Sequence record: OY253666.1
DNA: 32,000 nucleotides
Reading direction: 5' to 3' (one strand)
Positions 16,330 to 28,700 of the stretch are shown piece after piece. The notes beneath the pieces are model-generated. The model was not told where the DNA came from, did no database searches, and worked only from the letters and a program-made list of their open reading frames with translations. Position numbers and translations under genes: made by a program. How positions within the stretch are numbered: position 1 is the stretch's first letter; each line of letters begins with the position of its first letter.

Positions 16330-17847
16330 TTATTTCCGTGCTAAGAATTCCTCTGTGTACTCTTTGATTGCCTCTTTTAAAAGCGTTTCAGCTTCTTCGC
16401 TTAAAGCGTTTGTTGCTTGTAGAATTTCACCATACTTCGCTTTGTTTGTTGCTAAGTATTTACGGAAGCTTTCTAAGAATTCACGCACACGATCAACCGG
16501 GATAACGTCTAAGAATCCGTTTGTACCGGCGTAAATGCTTGCAACTTGGTCAGCTACTGACAATGGTGACGCTTGCGCTTGTTTTAATAACTCACGTAAA
16601 CGAGATCCGCGCGCTAATTGATTCTGTGTTGTTTGGTCTAAATCTGAAGCAAATTGCGCAAATGCCTCTAATTCAGCAAACTGTGCAAGTTCTAATTTCA
16701 GTTTACCGGCAACTTGTTTCATTGCTTTCACCTGAGCAGCCGAACCTACACGAGATACAGAAATACCAACGTTGATTGCTGGACGAATACCTGCGTTAAA
16801 GATATCTGCAGATAAGAAAATCTGTCCATCTGTAATCGAAATTACGTTTGTTGGGATATATGCCGAAACGTCACCCTCTTGTGTTTCTACAATTGGTAAC
16901 GCAGTCATACTTCCACCACCCAACGCATCGCTCAATTTTGCAGCACGTTCTAATAAACGTGAATGAAGATAGAAAACATCCCCTGGATATGCCTCACGAC
17001 CCGGTGGACGGCGTAATAAGAGCGACATCTCACGGTATGCTTGGGCTTGTTTCGATAAATCGTCGTAAATTGTTAACGTGTGACGACCAGTATACATGAA
17101 GTACTCTGCTAACGCCGCACCAGTATACGGAGCAAGGTATTGTAATGTTGCTGGTGAGTCAGCTGTCGCGGCTACAATAATTGTGTAGTCCATCGCACCA
17201 CGGTCTTGTAATGTATTTACAACTTGGGCAATAGATGAGGCTTTTTGGCCGATTGCAACGTAAACACAGATAACACCTTTCCCTTTTTGGTTTAGGATCG
17301 TGTCAACCGCAACAGCAGTTTTTCCTGTTTGACGGTCACCGATAATAAGCTCACGTTGACCTCGACCAATCGGGATCATCGCATCGATTGCTAATAAACC
17401 AGTTTGTAATGGCTCATATACAGAACGACGTGAAATAATACCAGGTGCTGGTGATTCGATTAAACGCGTGTCATTTGTCGCAACTGGGCCTTTTCCGTCG
17501 ATGGGGCGCGCTAACGAGTTCACAACACGGCCTAAATAGCCTTCACCAACTGGGATTTGGGCGATTTTACCCGTTGCACGTACTGATGAGCCTTCTTGGA
17601 TTGCTAACCCGGTACCCATTAATACGGCACCAACGTTTTTCGTCTCAAGGTTTAAAGCAATACCAATGGTACCGTCTTCAAACTCAAGAAGTTCACCAGC
17701 CATTACTTTTTCAAGTCCGTAAATACGAGCAATACCGTCACCTACTTGGAAAACAGTACCTACGTTTACTACTTGGACCTCTTGTTGATATTGTTCAATT
17801 TGTTGTCGAATAATACTACTAATTTCGTCCGGTCTAATTTTAACCAT
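16330..17847 (-). CDS. atpA: ATP synthase CF1 alpha subunit
   Basis: 505-aa ORF starting [20 protein letters not shown]. It has the Walker A motif GDRQTGKT and conserved alpha-subunit sequence throughout. GAGGAG lies 8 nt upstream of the ATG. Confidence 0.97.
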   Translation of the reverse strand: MVKIRPDEISSIIRQQIEQYQQEVQVVNVGTVFQVGDGIARIYGLEKVMAGELLEFEDGTIGIALNLETKNVGAVLMGTGLAIQEGSSVRATGKIAQIPVGEGYLGRVVNSLARPIDGKGPVATNDTRLIESPAPGIISRRSVYEPLQTGLLAIDAMIPIGRGQRELIIGDRQTGKTAVAVDTILNQKGKGVICVYVAIGQKASSIAQVVNTLQDRGAMDYTIIVAATADSPATLQYLAPYTGAALAEYFMYTGRHTLTIYDDLSKQAQAYREMSLLLRRPPGREAYPGDVFYLHSRLLERAAKLSDALGGGSMTALPIVETQEGDVSAYIPTNVISITDGQIFLSADIFNAGIRPAINVGISVSRVGSAAQVKAMKQVAGKLKLELAQFAELEAFAQFASDLDQTTQNQLARGSRLRELLKQAQASPLSVADQVASIYAGTNGFLDVIPVDRVREFLESFRKYLATNKAKYGEILQATNALSEEAETLLKEAIKEYTEEFLARK

Positions 17848-17921
17848 TCATAGACTCCTCGCATAGTACACATTACATGTACGGTTTTTTTGGCCACCCT
17901 CACGCTCGGAACGATCGTCCC

Positions 17922-18458
17922 TTAGTGTGGCGTGTAATTCGTGAATAAAACAACATTAAAATTGTTCACTGACTCGTGGAAGGTCGCATCCAGGCGTTGC
18001 GTAAGTTTTTCACGTACCTTGGCAAGTGCTAAGCGAATCACTTTTTGTGATACTTGAGCAACCGCTTTTTGTTGTTGCAGACGGATCGACTCGTCTTTTA
18101 ACTCGTATAAGCGTGTTGTATCATCTTGTGTTTGCTTTTGAAAAGCACGTTGCTCCTGTTCCGCAGTTGCTTGACCTTGCTGGCGAATACTCGCCGCTTT
18201 TTTCTGAGCCAGATCTAACTGGGCGCGGGCTTCCCCAAGCTTGGCTTGTGCTTCCTGAGCACGTTGCTCGGCTTGTTGAAGTGTATTTACAATCAGTTGT
18301 CGACGATTTTCTAGAAGTGAGCGAACGGCGTCACCTACAAATGTCACAACGATCCCCACAACCACAGCTAAATTAATGATGTTTGTTTCTAAAATGTTCC
18401 CGTTGAACCCAAAGCCCTCGCCAAGAGGAAGGTGCATCAAAAGGATCAGTTGATTCAT
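17922..18458 (-). CDS. atpF: ATP synthase CF0 subunit b (subunit I), uninterrupted
   Basis: The ORF track gives 17922..18503. It contains NILETNIINLAVVVGIV..LLENRRQ and a long charged helix typical of subunit b. The start is placed at Met16 (ATG 18456-18458), 5 nt downstream of a GGAGG box. Other in-frame ATGs at 18470 and 18434 are possible. Confidence 0.85.
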   Translation of the reverse strand: MNQLILLMHLPLGEGFGFNGNILETNIINLAVVVGIVVTFVGDAVRSLLENRRQLIVNTLQQAEQRAQEAQAKLGEARAQLDLAQKKAASIRQQGQATAEQEQRAFQKQTQDDTTRLYELKDESIRLQQQKAVAQVSQKVIRLALAKVREKLTQRLDATFHESVNNFNVVLFTNYTPH

Positions 18459-18536
18459 ACAAACCTCCATAGTTATGTTTGAGCGTGCGTAGGCTGGCTG
18501 CACCTCCTACACCGTTACGCATCGGTTGTACCGAGC

Positions 18537-18558
18537 ACATGCGCAAATTTGCGCATGT
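18537..18558. repeat. 22-nt perfect palindrome acatgcgcaaatttgcgcatgt in the atpH-atpF spacer
   Basis: Direct reading; the sequence equals its own reverse complement. It can fold as a hairpin of about 9 bp, 3' of atpH. Confidence 0.75.
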
Positions 18559-18653
18559 AGGGTACCCCACAGATATGTCTGCAGAGCCTTCGGCGATGCA
18601 AAGAGTGCACACCCTCGCACGATCGTCATGTATGTTCGTTTATCGAAATGACA

Positions 18654-18980
<327 letters not shown>

Positions 18981-19048
18981 TTACGTGTGCATTGTACTAT
19001 TTTGGTCATCATTCGGCACTGTCAATGGCACCGAATGCTAGCGTTGTC

Positions 19049-19774
19049 TTAGTGGTGATCTTCTAATGATTCACCAATGTAGGCACCCGCAAGGGTTGAA
19101 AATACAAGAGCTTGAATAGCACTTGTAAATAAACCTAACAACATTAACGGGATTGGTACCACCAGGGGTACTAAAGCAATTAATACACCTACTACTAATT
19201 CATCCGCTAGGATGTTTCCGAATAAACGAAAACTTAATGATAACGGTTTTGTAAAGTCCTCTAAGACGTTAATGGGTAGTAAGAATGCTGCAGGTTGGAT
19301 GTAGCGTTTAAAGTAGCCAAGTCCTTTTTTCTTAATCCCAGCATAAAAATATGCAATGGACGTTAAAAGGGCAAGCGCCACAGTTGTATTAATATTGTTC
19401 GTTGGTGCAGCTAATTCTCCATTTGGAATCTCGATGAGACGCCACGGGAGTAACGCACCTGACCAATTCGATACAAAAATAAACAAGAAAATTGTCCCTA
19501 AGAAAGGAACCCACTCTAAATACTCTTCTTCACCAATCTGTGTTTTGGCAAGGTCGCGAATAAATTCAGTGATATATTCCGTTAAGTTTTGTAATCCTTC
19601 TGGCGCTTGAGATTTTAAGTTCGAATTTCCTAAAAATGAAATAACGGCAATAATTCCTAAAACAACCCAAGTTGTGATTAAAACTTGCCCGTGAACTTGA
19701 TACGATCCCAGCGACCAATAAAAATGTTGTCCAACCGATACCTCGGCAAGGTCAAACACAGCGTTTGTAAACAT
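19049..19774 (-). CDS. atpI: ATP synthase CF0 subunit a (subunit IV)
   Basis: 241-aa ORF containing [24 protein letters not shown], the [16 protein letters not shown] motif, and a C-terminal ...ESLEDHH. Confidence 0.95.
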   Translation of the reverse strand: MFTNAVFDLAEVSVGQHFYWSLGSYQVHGQVLITTWVVLGIIAVISFLGNSNLKSQAPEGLQNLTEYITEFIRDLAKTQIGEEEYLEWVPFLGTIFLFIFVSNWSGALLPWRLIEIPNGELAAPTNNINTTVALALLTSIAYFYAGIKKKGLGYFKRYIQPAAFLLPINVLEDFTKPLSLSFRLFGNILADELVVGVLIALVPLVVPIPLMLLGLFTSAIQALVFSTLAGAYIGESLEDHH

Positions 19775-19815
19775 GATTTCGCTCCGAATCCATTGGGATA
19801 TCTATCTCACTTCTT

Positions 19816-19844
19816 AGAATAGCATGCCATCGTGTTGCTTTCAA
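19816..19844 (-). promoter_or_regulatory. Candidate PEP promoter for atpI: TTGAAA-17 nt-TATTCT
   Basis: The minus strand reads ttgaaa gcaacacgatggcatgc tattct, about 40 nt upstream of the atpI ATG. This is a motif match only. Confidence 0.3.
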
Positions 19845-20539
19845 TGATGGCGTGTTTGTGAGTGCACTACAAGTTTAGATATTTTGACGTTTAATGGGTC
19901 AAATAGAAATCGTACAGCTATGCATATGAGTAGAATATATGCCCATACAGTAAGAATCAGTAGTATACTTGTAATGCATATATTCTATGGTGAAGTTGTA
20001 GCTTACTATATTCGCGTAGATATAGTATATACGGTAGTATATAAGTACTTTACTTGCAACTTATATACTACCTATTGCACTGCATAATTTTTACATAAAA
20101 AACTCATATTTTTTCGGTCTTTTTGTGGGCCTTAACTTCACAACTTTAAAACTACTAAATGGTCTGTTTTAGCCTGTTTTTAGATGGCATACACGTTTTT
20201 TGTTTAATGGAATAATATTTTATTCTTTGTTATATATCCTAGTAAAACTGGTGTGTTTGAGTCCACTATACGTCGTGCATGACGTTCTGTTAGTTCTAAA
20301 CCCATGTGCACTTTTATTATAGGTCATTATATAAATACGTTTTTATATTTATACATAAAAATCAAAAGTCTGTATCAAATATCATCTGGTTTCATGATTA
20401 TACACAATGCAAGCACATTGTTCGCATATGTTCGCTGTGCGATTGCAAAAGCAAAGCGTGTTCGCCAAGGCGATATCCCCACGGAACCATAGAGGGCAGA
20501 GTCTACATATTTAGCGTATTTGTTTTGAGGAGAAGATCA

Positions 20540-22795
20540 ATGACGATTCGTCCACCAGAACGCGAAGCAAAAAAAGTAAAAATTGTTGTTGATACAAATC
20601 CAGTTGAAACTGGATTTGAAAAATGGGCAAAGCCTGGTCATTTTTCACGCACATTAGCGAAAGGGCCGACAACAACAACATGGATTTGGAACTTACATGC
20701 GGATGCGCATGATTTTGATAGCCAAACGACTGATCTTGAAGAAATCTCGCGTAAAATCTTTAGTGCCCATTTCGGTCAACTGGGTGTTATCTTTATTTGG
20801 TTAAGCGGTATGTATTTCCATGGTGCTCGTTTTTCAAATTACGAAGCATGGTTAACAGACCCAACACATATCAAACCGAGTGCGCAGGTTGTGTGGCCTG
20901 TTGTAGGCCAAGAAATTCTGAATGGTGATGTGGGTGGCGGTTTCCAAGGTATTCAGATTACATCCGGGTTCTTCCAACTGTGGCGCGCATCTGGTATTAC
21001 AAGTGAACTGCAGTTATACAGTACTGCGATTGGCGGTCTTGTGATGGCTGCAGCCATGTTTTTTGCGGGATGGTTCCATTTCCACAAAGCTGCGCCGAAG
21101 TTAGAGTGGTTCCAAAACGTGGAATCAATGCTTAACCACCACTTAGCTGGTCTTTTAGGGTTAGGTAGTTTAGCTTGGGCTGGTCACCAAATTCACGTTT
21201 CATTACCGATTAATAAACTTTTAGATTCAGGGGTTGACCCGAAAGAAATTCCATTACCGCATGAATTTTTACTTAACCGTGAACTCATGACGCAATTGTT
21301 TCCAAGTTTTGCAAAAGGATTAACACCGTTCTTTACTGTGAATTGGGGTGAATACAGTGATTTCTTAACGTTCCAAGGTGGCCTTAACCCGGTGACGGGT
21401 GGTCTGTGGTTAAGCGATCAAGCGCACCACCACCTTGCGATTGCGGTTCTTTTCTTAGTTGCTGGTCACCAATACCGTACAAATTGGGGTATCGGGCATA
21501 GTATGAAAGAGATTTTAGAGACACACCGTGGACCATTTACAGGTGAAGGTCACAAAGGGCTCTATGAGATCTTAACGACATCATGGCATGCTCAATTAGC
21601 CATTAACCTTGCATTGTTCGGGTCATTATCGCTCATTGTTGCACACCATATGTACAGTATGCCGCCATACCCGTATTTAGCAACCGATTACGGAACGCAG
21701 TTATCACTTTTCACGCACCACATGTGGATTGGCGGGTTCTGTATTGTAGGTGCCGGAGCACACGCGGCAATTTTTATGGTCCGTGATTACGATCCTACAA
21801 ATAACTATAATAATTTACTCGACCGTGTGATTCGTCACCGTGATGCAATTATTTCCCACTTAAACTGGGTGTGTATTTTCCTCGGTTTCCACAGTTTTGG
21901 TCTTTACATCCACAACGATACGATGCAAGCGCTGGGCCGCCCACAGGACATGTTCTCGGACACGGCTATTCAATTACAGCCTGTTTTTGCGCAGTGGATC
22001 CAAAAGACACATTTTGCTGCACCACAATTGACTGCACCGCACGTGTTAGCTGCGACAAGCCCTACATGGGGTGGTGATCTTGTTGCCGTAGGTGGAAAAA
22101 TTGCTATGATGCCGATTCCATTGGGCACTGCAGATTTCTTAGTACACCACGTTCATGCGTTTACAATTCACGTAACTGTGTTAATCCTCTTAAAAGGGGT
22201 GTTATATGCACGAAGCTCGCGCCTTATCCCAGACAAGGCGAATTTAGGTTTCCGTTTCCCATGTGACGGTCCAGGCCGTGGGGGTACATGTCAAGTTTCT
22301 GCGTGGGACCACGTGTTCTTAGGCTTATTCTGGATGTATAACGCCTTATCAGTAACAATCTTCCACTTCAGCTGGAAGATGCAATCAGACGTATGGGGTA
22401 CTGTAAATGCAAACGGTGTTGCTCACATTACTGGTGGTAACTTTGCCCAAAGTGCAACAACGATCAATGGTTGGTTACGTGATTTCCTATGGGCACAATC
22501 ATCTCAAGTTATTCAATCGTACGGTTCAGCTTTATCAGCATACGGTCTGATTTTCCTAGGCGCACACTTCGTTTGGGCGTTTAGTTTAATGTTCTTATTC
22601 AGTGGTCGTGGTTACTGGCAAGAATTAATTGAATCTATTGTTTGGGCGCACAACAAATTAAAAGTTGCCCCGGCAATTCAACCACGTGCGTTAAGCATTA
22701 CACAGGGTCGTGCCGTTGGTGTTGCACACTACTTGTTAGGTGGTATTGCAACAACATGGTCATTCTTCTTAGCGCGTATCATTGCGGTCGGGTAA
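20540..22795 (+). CDS. psaA: Photosystem I P700 apoprotein A1, contiguous (not trans-spliced)
   Basis: The ORF track gives 20306..22795. The canonical PsaA sequence starts at Met79 ([37 protein letters not shown]). The ATG is at 20540, 8 nt after GAGGAG. The [12 protein letters not shown] Fe-S cluster loop is present. Confidence 0.97.
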   Translation: MTIRPPEREAKKVKIVVDTNPVETGFEKWAKPGHFSRTLAKGPTTTTWIWNLHADAHDFDSQTTDLEEISRKIFSAHFGQLGVIFIWLSGMYFHGARFSNYEAWLTDPTHIKPSAQVVWPVVGQEILNGDVGGGFQGIQITSGFFQLWRASGITSELQLYSTAIGGLVMAAAMFFAGWFHFHKAAPKLEWFQNVESMLNHHLAGLLGLGSLAWAGHQIHVSLPINKLLDSGVDPKEIPLPHEFLLNRELMTQLFPSFAKGLTPFFTVNWGEYSDFLTFQGGLNPVTGGLWLSDQAHHHLAIAVLFLVAGHQYRTNWGIGHSMKEILETHRGPFTGEGHKGLYEILTTSWHAQLAINLALFGSLSLIVAHHMYSMPPYPYLATDYGTQLSLFTHHMWIGGFCIVGAGAHAAIFMVRDYDPTNNYNNLLDRVIRHRDAIISHLNWVCIFLGFHSFGLYIHNDTMQALGRPQDMFSDTAIQLQPVFAQWIQKTHFAAPQLTAPHVLAATSPTWGGDLVAVGGKIAMMPIPLGTADFLVHHVHAFTIHVTVLILLKGVLYARSSRLIPDKANLGFRFPCDGPGRGGTCQVSAWDHVFLGLFWMYNALSVTIFHFSWKMQSDVWGTVNANGVAHITGGNFAQSATTINGWLRDFLWAQSSQVIQSYGSALSAYGLIFLGAHFVWAFSLMFLFSGRGYWQELIESIVWAHNKLKVAPAIQPRALSITQGRAVGVAHYLLGGIATTWSFFLARIIAVG

Positions 22796-22964
22796 CCTGT
22801 TTCGTTTGGGACGCAGGCCTCTTTGGCTTCGCCAACGGGTTCTTTTGGCTCCGTCAATTGGCTTCGCAGTGCCGTTTTTTTTTTGGCATATAACTGCTAC
22901 CAATAGACGATGACGGCTACGAGTTCTCAAACACTATCAACATAACGGAGGAGTATGAAAAACT

Positions 22965-25169
22965 ATGGCAACAAAGTTTCCAAAGTTTAGTCAGGGTCTT
23001 GCTCAAGATCCTACGACACGGCGAATTTGGTTCGGGATTGCTACCGCGCATGACTTTGAAAGTCATGACGGTATGACGGAAGAAAATCTCTACCAAAAGA
23101 TTTTCGCGTCGCATTTCGGCCAGTTAGCTATTATCTTTTTATGGACGTCAGGTAATTTATTCCATGTTGCTTGGCAAGGGAATTTCCCTCAATGGGTGCA
23201 AGACCCGTTACATGTTCGTCCCATTGCCCATGCAATTTGGGATCCTCACTTCGGCCAACCAGCCGTTGAAGCGTTCACGCGTGGTGGGGCGAGCGGTCCA
23301 GTAAATATCGCGACATCTGGTGTGTATCAATGGTGGTACACAATCGGGATGCGTACAAACCAAGATTTATTCTTTGGTTCTCTCTTTTTAATGATCGGGG
23401 CGGCAGTGTTTTTATTTGCAGGATGGTTACACCTTCAACCGCAATTTCAACCGTCGTTATCATGGTTTAAAAACGCAGAATCACGATTAAACCACCACTT
23501 AGCGGGATTATTTGGAACAAGTTCATTAGCGTGGACTGGGCACCTTGTACACGTTGCGATTCCTGAATCACGTGGTCAGCATGTTCGTTGGGACAATTTC
23601 CTAACAACATTACCGCACCCACAAGGATTAACACCGTTCTTTACCGGAAACTGGGCTGCGTATGCGCAAAACCCAGATACACCAACACACGCGTTTAACT
23701 CGGGTGATGGGGCCGGAACTGCGATTCTAACTTTTTTAGGTGGTTTCCATCCACAAACACAAAGTTTATGGTTGACTGACATTGCGCACCACCATCTTGC
23801 TATTGCCGTTGTCTTTATTGTTGCCGGTCATATGTACCGTACAAACTTTGGTATTGGGCACAGCATGCGTGAAATTCTTGATGCACATACACCACCTGCG
23901 GGTGGGTTAGGTAGCGGTCACAAAGGATTATTTGACACGGTGAACAACTCTCTTCATTTCCAATTAGGCTTAGCTCTCGCAAGTGTTGGGACGATTTGTT
24001 CAATGGTGGCGCAGCATATGTACTCATTACCGCCGTACGCGTTCCTTGCACAAGATTTTACGACACAGGCAGCACTTTACACCCACCATCAATACATCGC
24101 TGGGTTTATCTTATGTGGTGCGTTTGCACACGGTGCCATTTTCTTCATCCGTGATTACGATCCAGAGCAAAACAAAGGAAACGTGCTAACACGTATCTTA
24201 GACCACAAAGAGGCGATTATTTCGCACTTAAGCTGGGCGAGTTTATTCTTAGGTTTCCACACGCTTGGGCTATATGTGCACAATGATGTTATGATTGCAT
24301 TCGGGACACCTGAGAAGCAGATCTTGATCGAACCTGTCTTTGCTCAGTGGATTCAAGCGGCTCAAGGTAAAACACAATACGGGTACGATATTCTCCTATC
24401 AGCCTCATCAAGTCCCGCATATAACGCAGGACAAACATTATGGCTACCAGGATGGCTTGAAGCTATTAACAGTAACACAAACTCGTTATTCTTAACGATC
24501 GGACCTGGTGACTTCTTAGTACACCACGCAATCGCATTAGGTTTACACACAACAACACTTATTCTTGTGAAAGGTGCTCTGGATGCGCGTGGGTCAAAAC
24601 TTATGCCAGATAAGAAAGATTTCGGGTATAGCTTCCCATGTGACGGTCCAGGCCGTGGGGGTACATGTGATATTTCAGCATGGGACGCCTTCTATTTGGC
24701 CGTTTTCTGGATGTTAAATACTATTGGATGGGTAACATTCTACTTCCACTGGAAGCATTTAGGTATTTGGCAAGGTAACGTAAACCAGTTTAACGAATCG
24801 TCGACATACATCATGGGGTGGTTACGTGATTACCTTTGGTTAAATTCATCTCAATTAATTAACGGGTATAACCCATTTGGTATGAACAGTCTATCTGTAT
24901 GGGCGTGGATGTTCTTATTTGGGCACCTCATCTATGCTACTGGGTTCATGTTCTTAATCTCATGGCGTGGTTACTGGCAAGAATTAATTGAAACGTTAGC
25001 ATGGGCACATGAACGTACACCGTTAGCGAATTTAGTTCGCTGGAGTGATAAACCAGTTGCGCTTTCAATTGTACAAGCTCGACTTGTCGGTTTAGCGCAT
25101 TTTTCGGCTGGCTACATTTTGACGTACGCGGCATTCCTGATCGCGTCAACATCGGGGAAATTTGGTTAG
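22965..25169 (+). CDS. psaB: Photosystem I P700 apoprotein A2
   Basis: 734-aa ORF starting [35 protein letters not shown], with the [12 protein letters not shown] loop. A GGAGGA box lies upstream. Confidence 0.97.
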   Translation: MATKFPKFSQGLAQDPTTRRIWFGIATAHDFESHDGMTEENLYQKIFASHFGQLAIIFLWTSGNLFHVAWQGNFPQWVQDPLHVRPIAHAIWDPHFGQPAVEAFTRGGASGPVNIATSGVYQWWYTIGMRTNQDLFFGSLFLMIGAAVFLFAGWLHLQPQFQPSLSWFKNAESRLNHHLAGLFGTSSLAWTGHLVHVAIPESRGQHVRWDNFLTTLPHPQGLTPFFTGNWAAYAQNPDTPTHAFNSGDGAGTAILTFLGGFHPQTQSLWLTDIAHHHLAIAVVFIVAGHMYRTNFGIGHSMREILDAHTPPAGGLGSGHKGLFDTVNNSLHFQLGLALASVGTICSMVAQHMYSLPPYAFLAQDFTTQAALYTHHQYIAGFILCGAFAHGAIFFIRDYDPEQNKGNVLTRILDHKEAIISHLSWASLFLGFHTLGLYVHNDVMIAFGTPEKQILIEPVFAQWIQAAQGKTQYGYDILLSASSSPAYNAGQTLWLPGWLEAINSNTNSLFLTIGPGDFLVHHAIALGLHTTTLILVKGALDARGSKLMPDKKDFGYSFPCDGPGRGGTCDISAWDAFYLAVFWMLNTIGWVTFYFHWKHLGIWQGNVNQFNESSTYIMGWLRDYLWLNSSQLINGYNPFGMNSLSVWAWMFLFGHLIYATGFMFLISWRGYWQELIETLAWAHERTPLANLVRWSDKPVALSIVQARLVGLAHFSAGYILTYAAFLIASTSGKFG

Positions 25170-25306
25170 AGCTTACTTAGGACGACCAGTGCGTTATATG
25201 CTTCGATCGACTCTCTGATTTAATCTTTGGTTGTTGATACTCAATTGGTCGCTCTGGGCCTCAGAAATCATCCCTTCTTGACGTTCTGTCCCCCCAGTGT
25301 GCGTTT

Positions 25307-25364
25307 GTGTGGGGCGGCTCCTCAGTGCGGGCTTTTTGTGCTGTTGATTTTGGCCGCCCCACAC
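25307..25364 (+). terminator. 12-bp GC-rich inverted repeat (gtgtggggcggc / gccgccccacac) with a 34-nt loop, about 140 nt downstream of psaB
   Basis: Direct reading; the arms are exact reverse complements and extend by a few wobble pairs. It is a candidate psaA-psaB 3'-end stem-loop. Confidence 0.5.
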
Positions 25365-25608
25365 GAGCCTGACGCATCTTGGCGTGCGGCTTCCACACGA
25401 CCGCTACTTGCTCTCCAATATCTGGTGACTTTTAATAGGGAGCCGTCTTTGAACCCTATAGTTATGTTTCTCAAGGTAGTGCGTATGGGGCGTGATAGGT
25501 CAACCGGTCAACATAATAAAATAACATAGCATACAAGGCAGAAAAGCGGTCGTATATAGGCATATCTCCGAGGGGAACGTCAATATACCGTGACTTTTTG
25601 ACGCCCAT

Positions 25609-25634
25609 AAAAAAAAAGGGGGGGGGGGGGGGGG
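25609..25634 (+). repeat. A9G17 homopurine tract in the convergent psaB / ycf1-like spacer
   Basis: Direct count of 9 A (25609-25617) followed by 17 G (25618-25634). Confidence 0.95.
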
Positions 25635-25678
25635 TTTGGCCCTCACTCCCGAAGTTATATAGTTATAAAAGATGACCA

Positions 25679-25701
25679 TAGGGTCGTCACAGGCGACCCT
25701 A
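25679..25701 (-). terminator. 8-bp stem-loop tagggtcg-tcacagg-cgacccta, 26 nt downstream of the ycf1-like stop
   Basis: Direct reading. Confidence 0.45.
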
Positions 25702-25726
25702 CGTATACTGCCTACTGCATTTTCTC

Positions 25727-28700
25727 TTATGTGAGGTATTCGCGATAAAAATCACGTGCCTGTTGGATTACCGGTCGAATCGTATCCGGGATAAACGTTT
25801 CGATATCGATTTTTAACGTTTCATGCCCTGGCCATACGAAGCCACCGCGATCGGCAAAAGGTGTTGGTGGTTTGGTTGTGAACCACCATCCCAGTGGCGC
25901 ACCTAGTGTGGTTACATTCAATCCAGACGGCCACTGCTCGTCGGTCCATGGCTCAAATTCTAAATCTGGGATCACCGCAGGAGTTCGTAGTAGACCAGCC
26001 CCTTCATTGCCCGGTAAGCGATCATACTCTGGGTTAAAGCGTGCTACCAATTCAATGTCAGTTTCTGAATCAAGCTTATGGCGTTCACCGCGGTCGGTAA
26101 AGTACACGCCACGACGGCTATCCCAACGTAAGTGGTTATTGGCTACGGATGCTGGGACTGGCCACCATGTAAATACGATTTCGTTTTCTTTACGTTGGTG
26201 TTTTGGTGTCCCGGTACGTGCAGCTTTCCGTTTTGGCTGTTTTTCAAATTCGTCTTGGGCCAGTTTGGCTAAATCACGGTACTCCTGAAACTCTGACGGA
26301 ATGGTCATACGTCCGCCCGCCATAGTGCGTGGGAGTAAGCGATTGGTTAAGACAAATTGACGTTTTGTTTCGTCCCAGCCGCAATAAAACGGGTTAGCAT
26401 TGGTTGGTTTGAAGAACGGTTTTGGTCGACGGGTCGATTTTCCGCGTTTTGACGTTTGCCGGGCTGCCTGTTTCAGATCGCGAGCCTTTTGCAATTCTTC
26501 ATGAATCATAGGATTATGGCTCCGTGTATCATCAAACAACGGCATATCGTATTTAAACACCCGTTCGCGATGTTCTGGGAAATTTGGATGGGCAGCTGGG
26601 TTTAGGTCAACAGCAAAGAGTCGACGTGCAATCCGATAGGTGCCTTTAAATTGGTGGTTAAATACACGATGCGCAAAACTTTTTACACCACCATACGCCA
26701 TTCGAAATTCTTGTGAATTGTTCATTCGTCGATATTTGCGCAGTGAGTTGTAATAATCAGAAAGCATCGTGCGTTTATAGTACAGCTCGGCTTCTTCGTC
26801 GGCTGTAAGCAGGTGGCTCTTGCGTTGCCGTGCTAGGAAGGTATCAATGTCGGTCCGCATTAACACTTTGTAAAACGGACTCTTGAAGAACATATCTTGA
26901 GCTCGGCGTTGTTTTGGTCCTCTGAAGAAGGCGTGGCGTGGACGCATGCCGTCTTGTAAGTTCTCCGGGAAAAACGAGTTTAATCCCGGCCAAATCCACG
27001 GAAGTGTCATTTCGCTTGTGTCTTCATTTTTCTTTACTTTTCCGAGTTGCTCATAATGCACTTTTTCTTGAAAGTTTTGCTGTACTAAAAATCGCGGAAC
27101 ATTTGTTTCTGTGGCGTCGGTTAGGTTAAGCTGCTCTGTGGCATCGCGTTGGCCTGTTTCAGCTTCGCTACGCAGATCGTTTAAAAGCGTCTGCGTGTTT
27201 TCAAGTTTTGCAAAATCTGTATCACCGAGTACACTCTTGGCAAGTTGGTAGGCCGTATGGGCTTCAGCTTGATTACCGTTCGGGTTGAAGGGCTCATCTT
27301 TCCAGCTATAATTATCCACAATTGTAAATTGGTCAAATTGCTCGGCTGTCCAAAGCTTTTCACGTTTTTGTAGTTCGGTCCGTTGTACTTGTTCTTCCTG
27401 GTGTTTTTCGTCCCGTTCACGTTGGGTACGGTCCTGCCGTTCTTGTACAGTTTCACTACCTGTCATTTTTGCTAGCATATCACCAGTTCCGGTCTGCTCT
27501 AGCCAGCCATAGAATCGTTCAAGCGTCTTTTTATGCCGCATAATAAATTCATAGCGTACGGCCGGACGGCGGTGAAATTCAGTCATCCATGCATATTCAA
27601 CAGGAATCGTGTAATCTTCTGGCGTTGCAAAGACGTTTCCTGTTTTTTGGTCCTCTGGGTTAGCCTTCCCTTCAATGTAGCGCATGAAAATACCCCTGTC
27701 GAACCCGGCAATGGCTTGATCGGAGGATACTTCGCGGGTTTGGTTAACTTTCCCGCCCCATGATTTGATCTTTAAATCGTGAGTGGTGTTTGGTGCGAGT
27801 ACTCCCGGAATTAACGCAGTGTCGTAGGGTACAAAGCCCAATGGATTGGTAACGAAATAATCGATACCATAAAACGGTACTGAACTTAACGCTAAGGTAA
27901 TAATAAATAATTTACTGTAGCGGTGGTAGTACGCGTGAAAACGAACCTGTGTAATTCGAAAGATTTGTGTCACTACGAGTCGGAAGCCAACCGCTGCCCA
28001 ATACGAGAGGTATGTAAATACCAAAGACCCGAGGGTAAATCCAACCAGATACAGGCTATGCTGCATTGTGAGGTTAACGCTGGTACTTGTAGTGGGTTCC
28101 AGTATGTTCGGTTCAAGTCCAAAGGTTAAATTACTGATGTGGTTGAAGATGACGCTTTGTTCGCAAAGCGTAAGGACGAATGCTGCTGCCCCCATTGATA
28201 TAAAGGCTTTTTGGTACGTGGCGGAAAATTCACGGTATTGGGTCACGCCTCCTGCCTGTCCCATTTCGTAGGCAATACGGAGGATAATTGTCAATCCGAT
28301 TATGTAATTCCAAGGTTCAAACTGTAGCCACGGAATAATGATCGGTCGACACCCGAAGAGGACCAACATAAGTAGGAAGGTATGTCCAGCAATAACCCCA
28401 ATACTTGTTGCGGCAGCTGCGGGCCACCCCTGGACATAAAATCGACGCAATGCGATTAACTGGGCGCAGGAAAAGGGTAGCGCGGTGAAGGCGCTGTTCA
28501 AGAATCCAATGATAAATTTATGTTGCAGTAATGTTGGTGTTTCAGCAAAACTAAACACATTGACCACTGGATTTTCAGCAAAGTACAGGTGTTCTTTGAC
28601 TACGGCTTCCGTGTATTGTGGAATTAAAATGGGCAAATACGCGAAATCACGGAGCCATTGAAATGTAATAAGGTATAAAAAACCAATTTTTACGCTCGAT

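Noticed and set aside
20306-20539. N-terminal extensions of track ORFs: psaA 20306-20539, rpoB 12039-12155, chlB 14447-14506, atpH 18903-18962, atpF 18459-18503, psbE 15732-15770, rpoC2 5894-5965, ycf1-like 28817-28867.
   Set aside because: In each case family similarity begins at an internal Met, usually preceded by a GGAG-type box. The upstream codons are AT-rich or low in complexity and unconserved-looking.
25227-25529. 100-aa + strand ORF in the psaB / ycf1-like spacer.
   Set aside because: It spans the 12-bp GC-rich 3' stem-loop. It has an Ala/Pro/Leu-rich low-complexity product, no Shine-Dalgarno box and no family resemblance, so the region is more likely noncoding 3' UTR.
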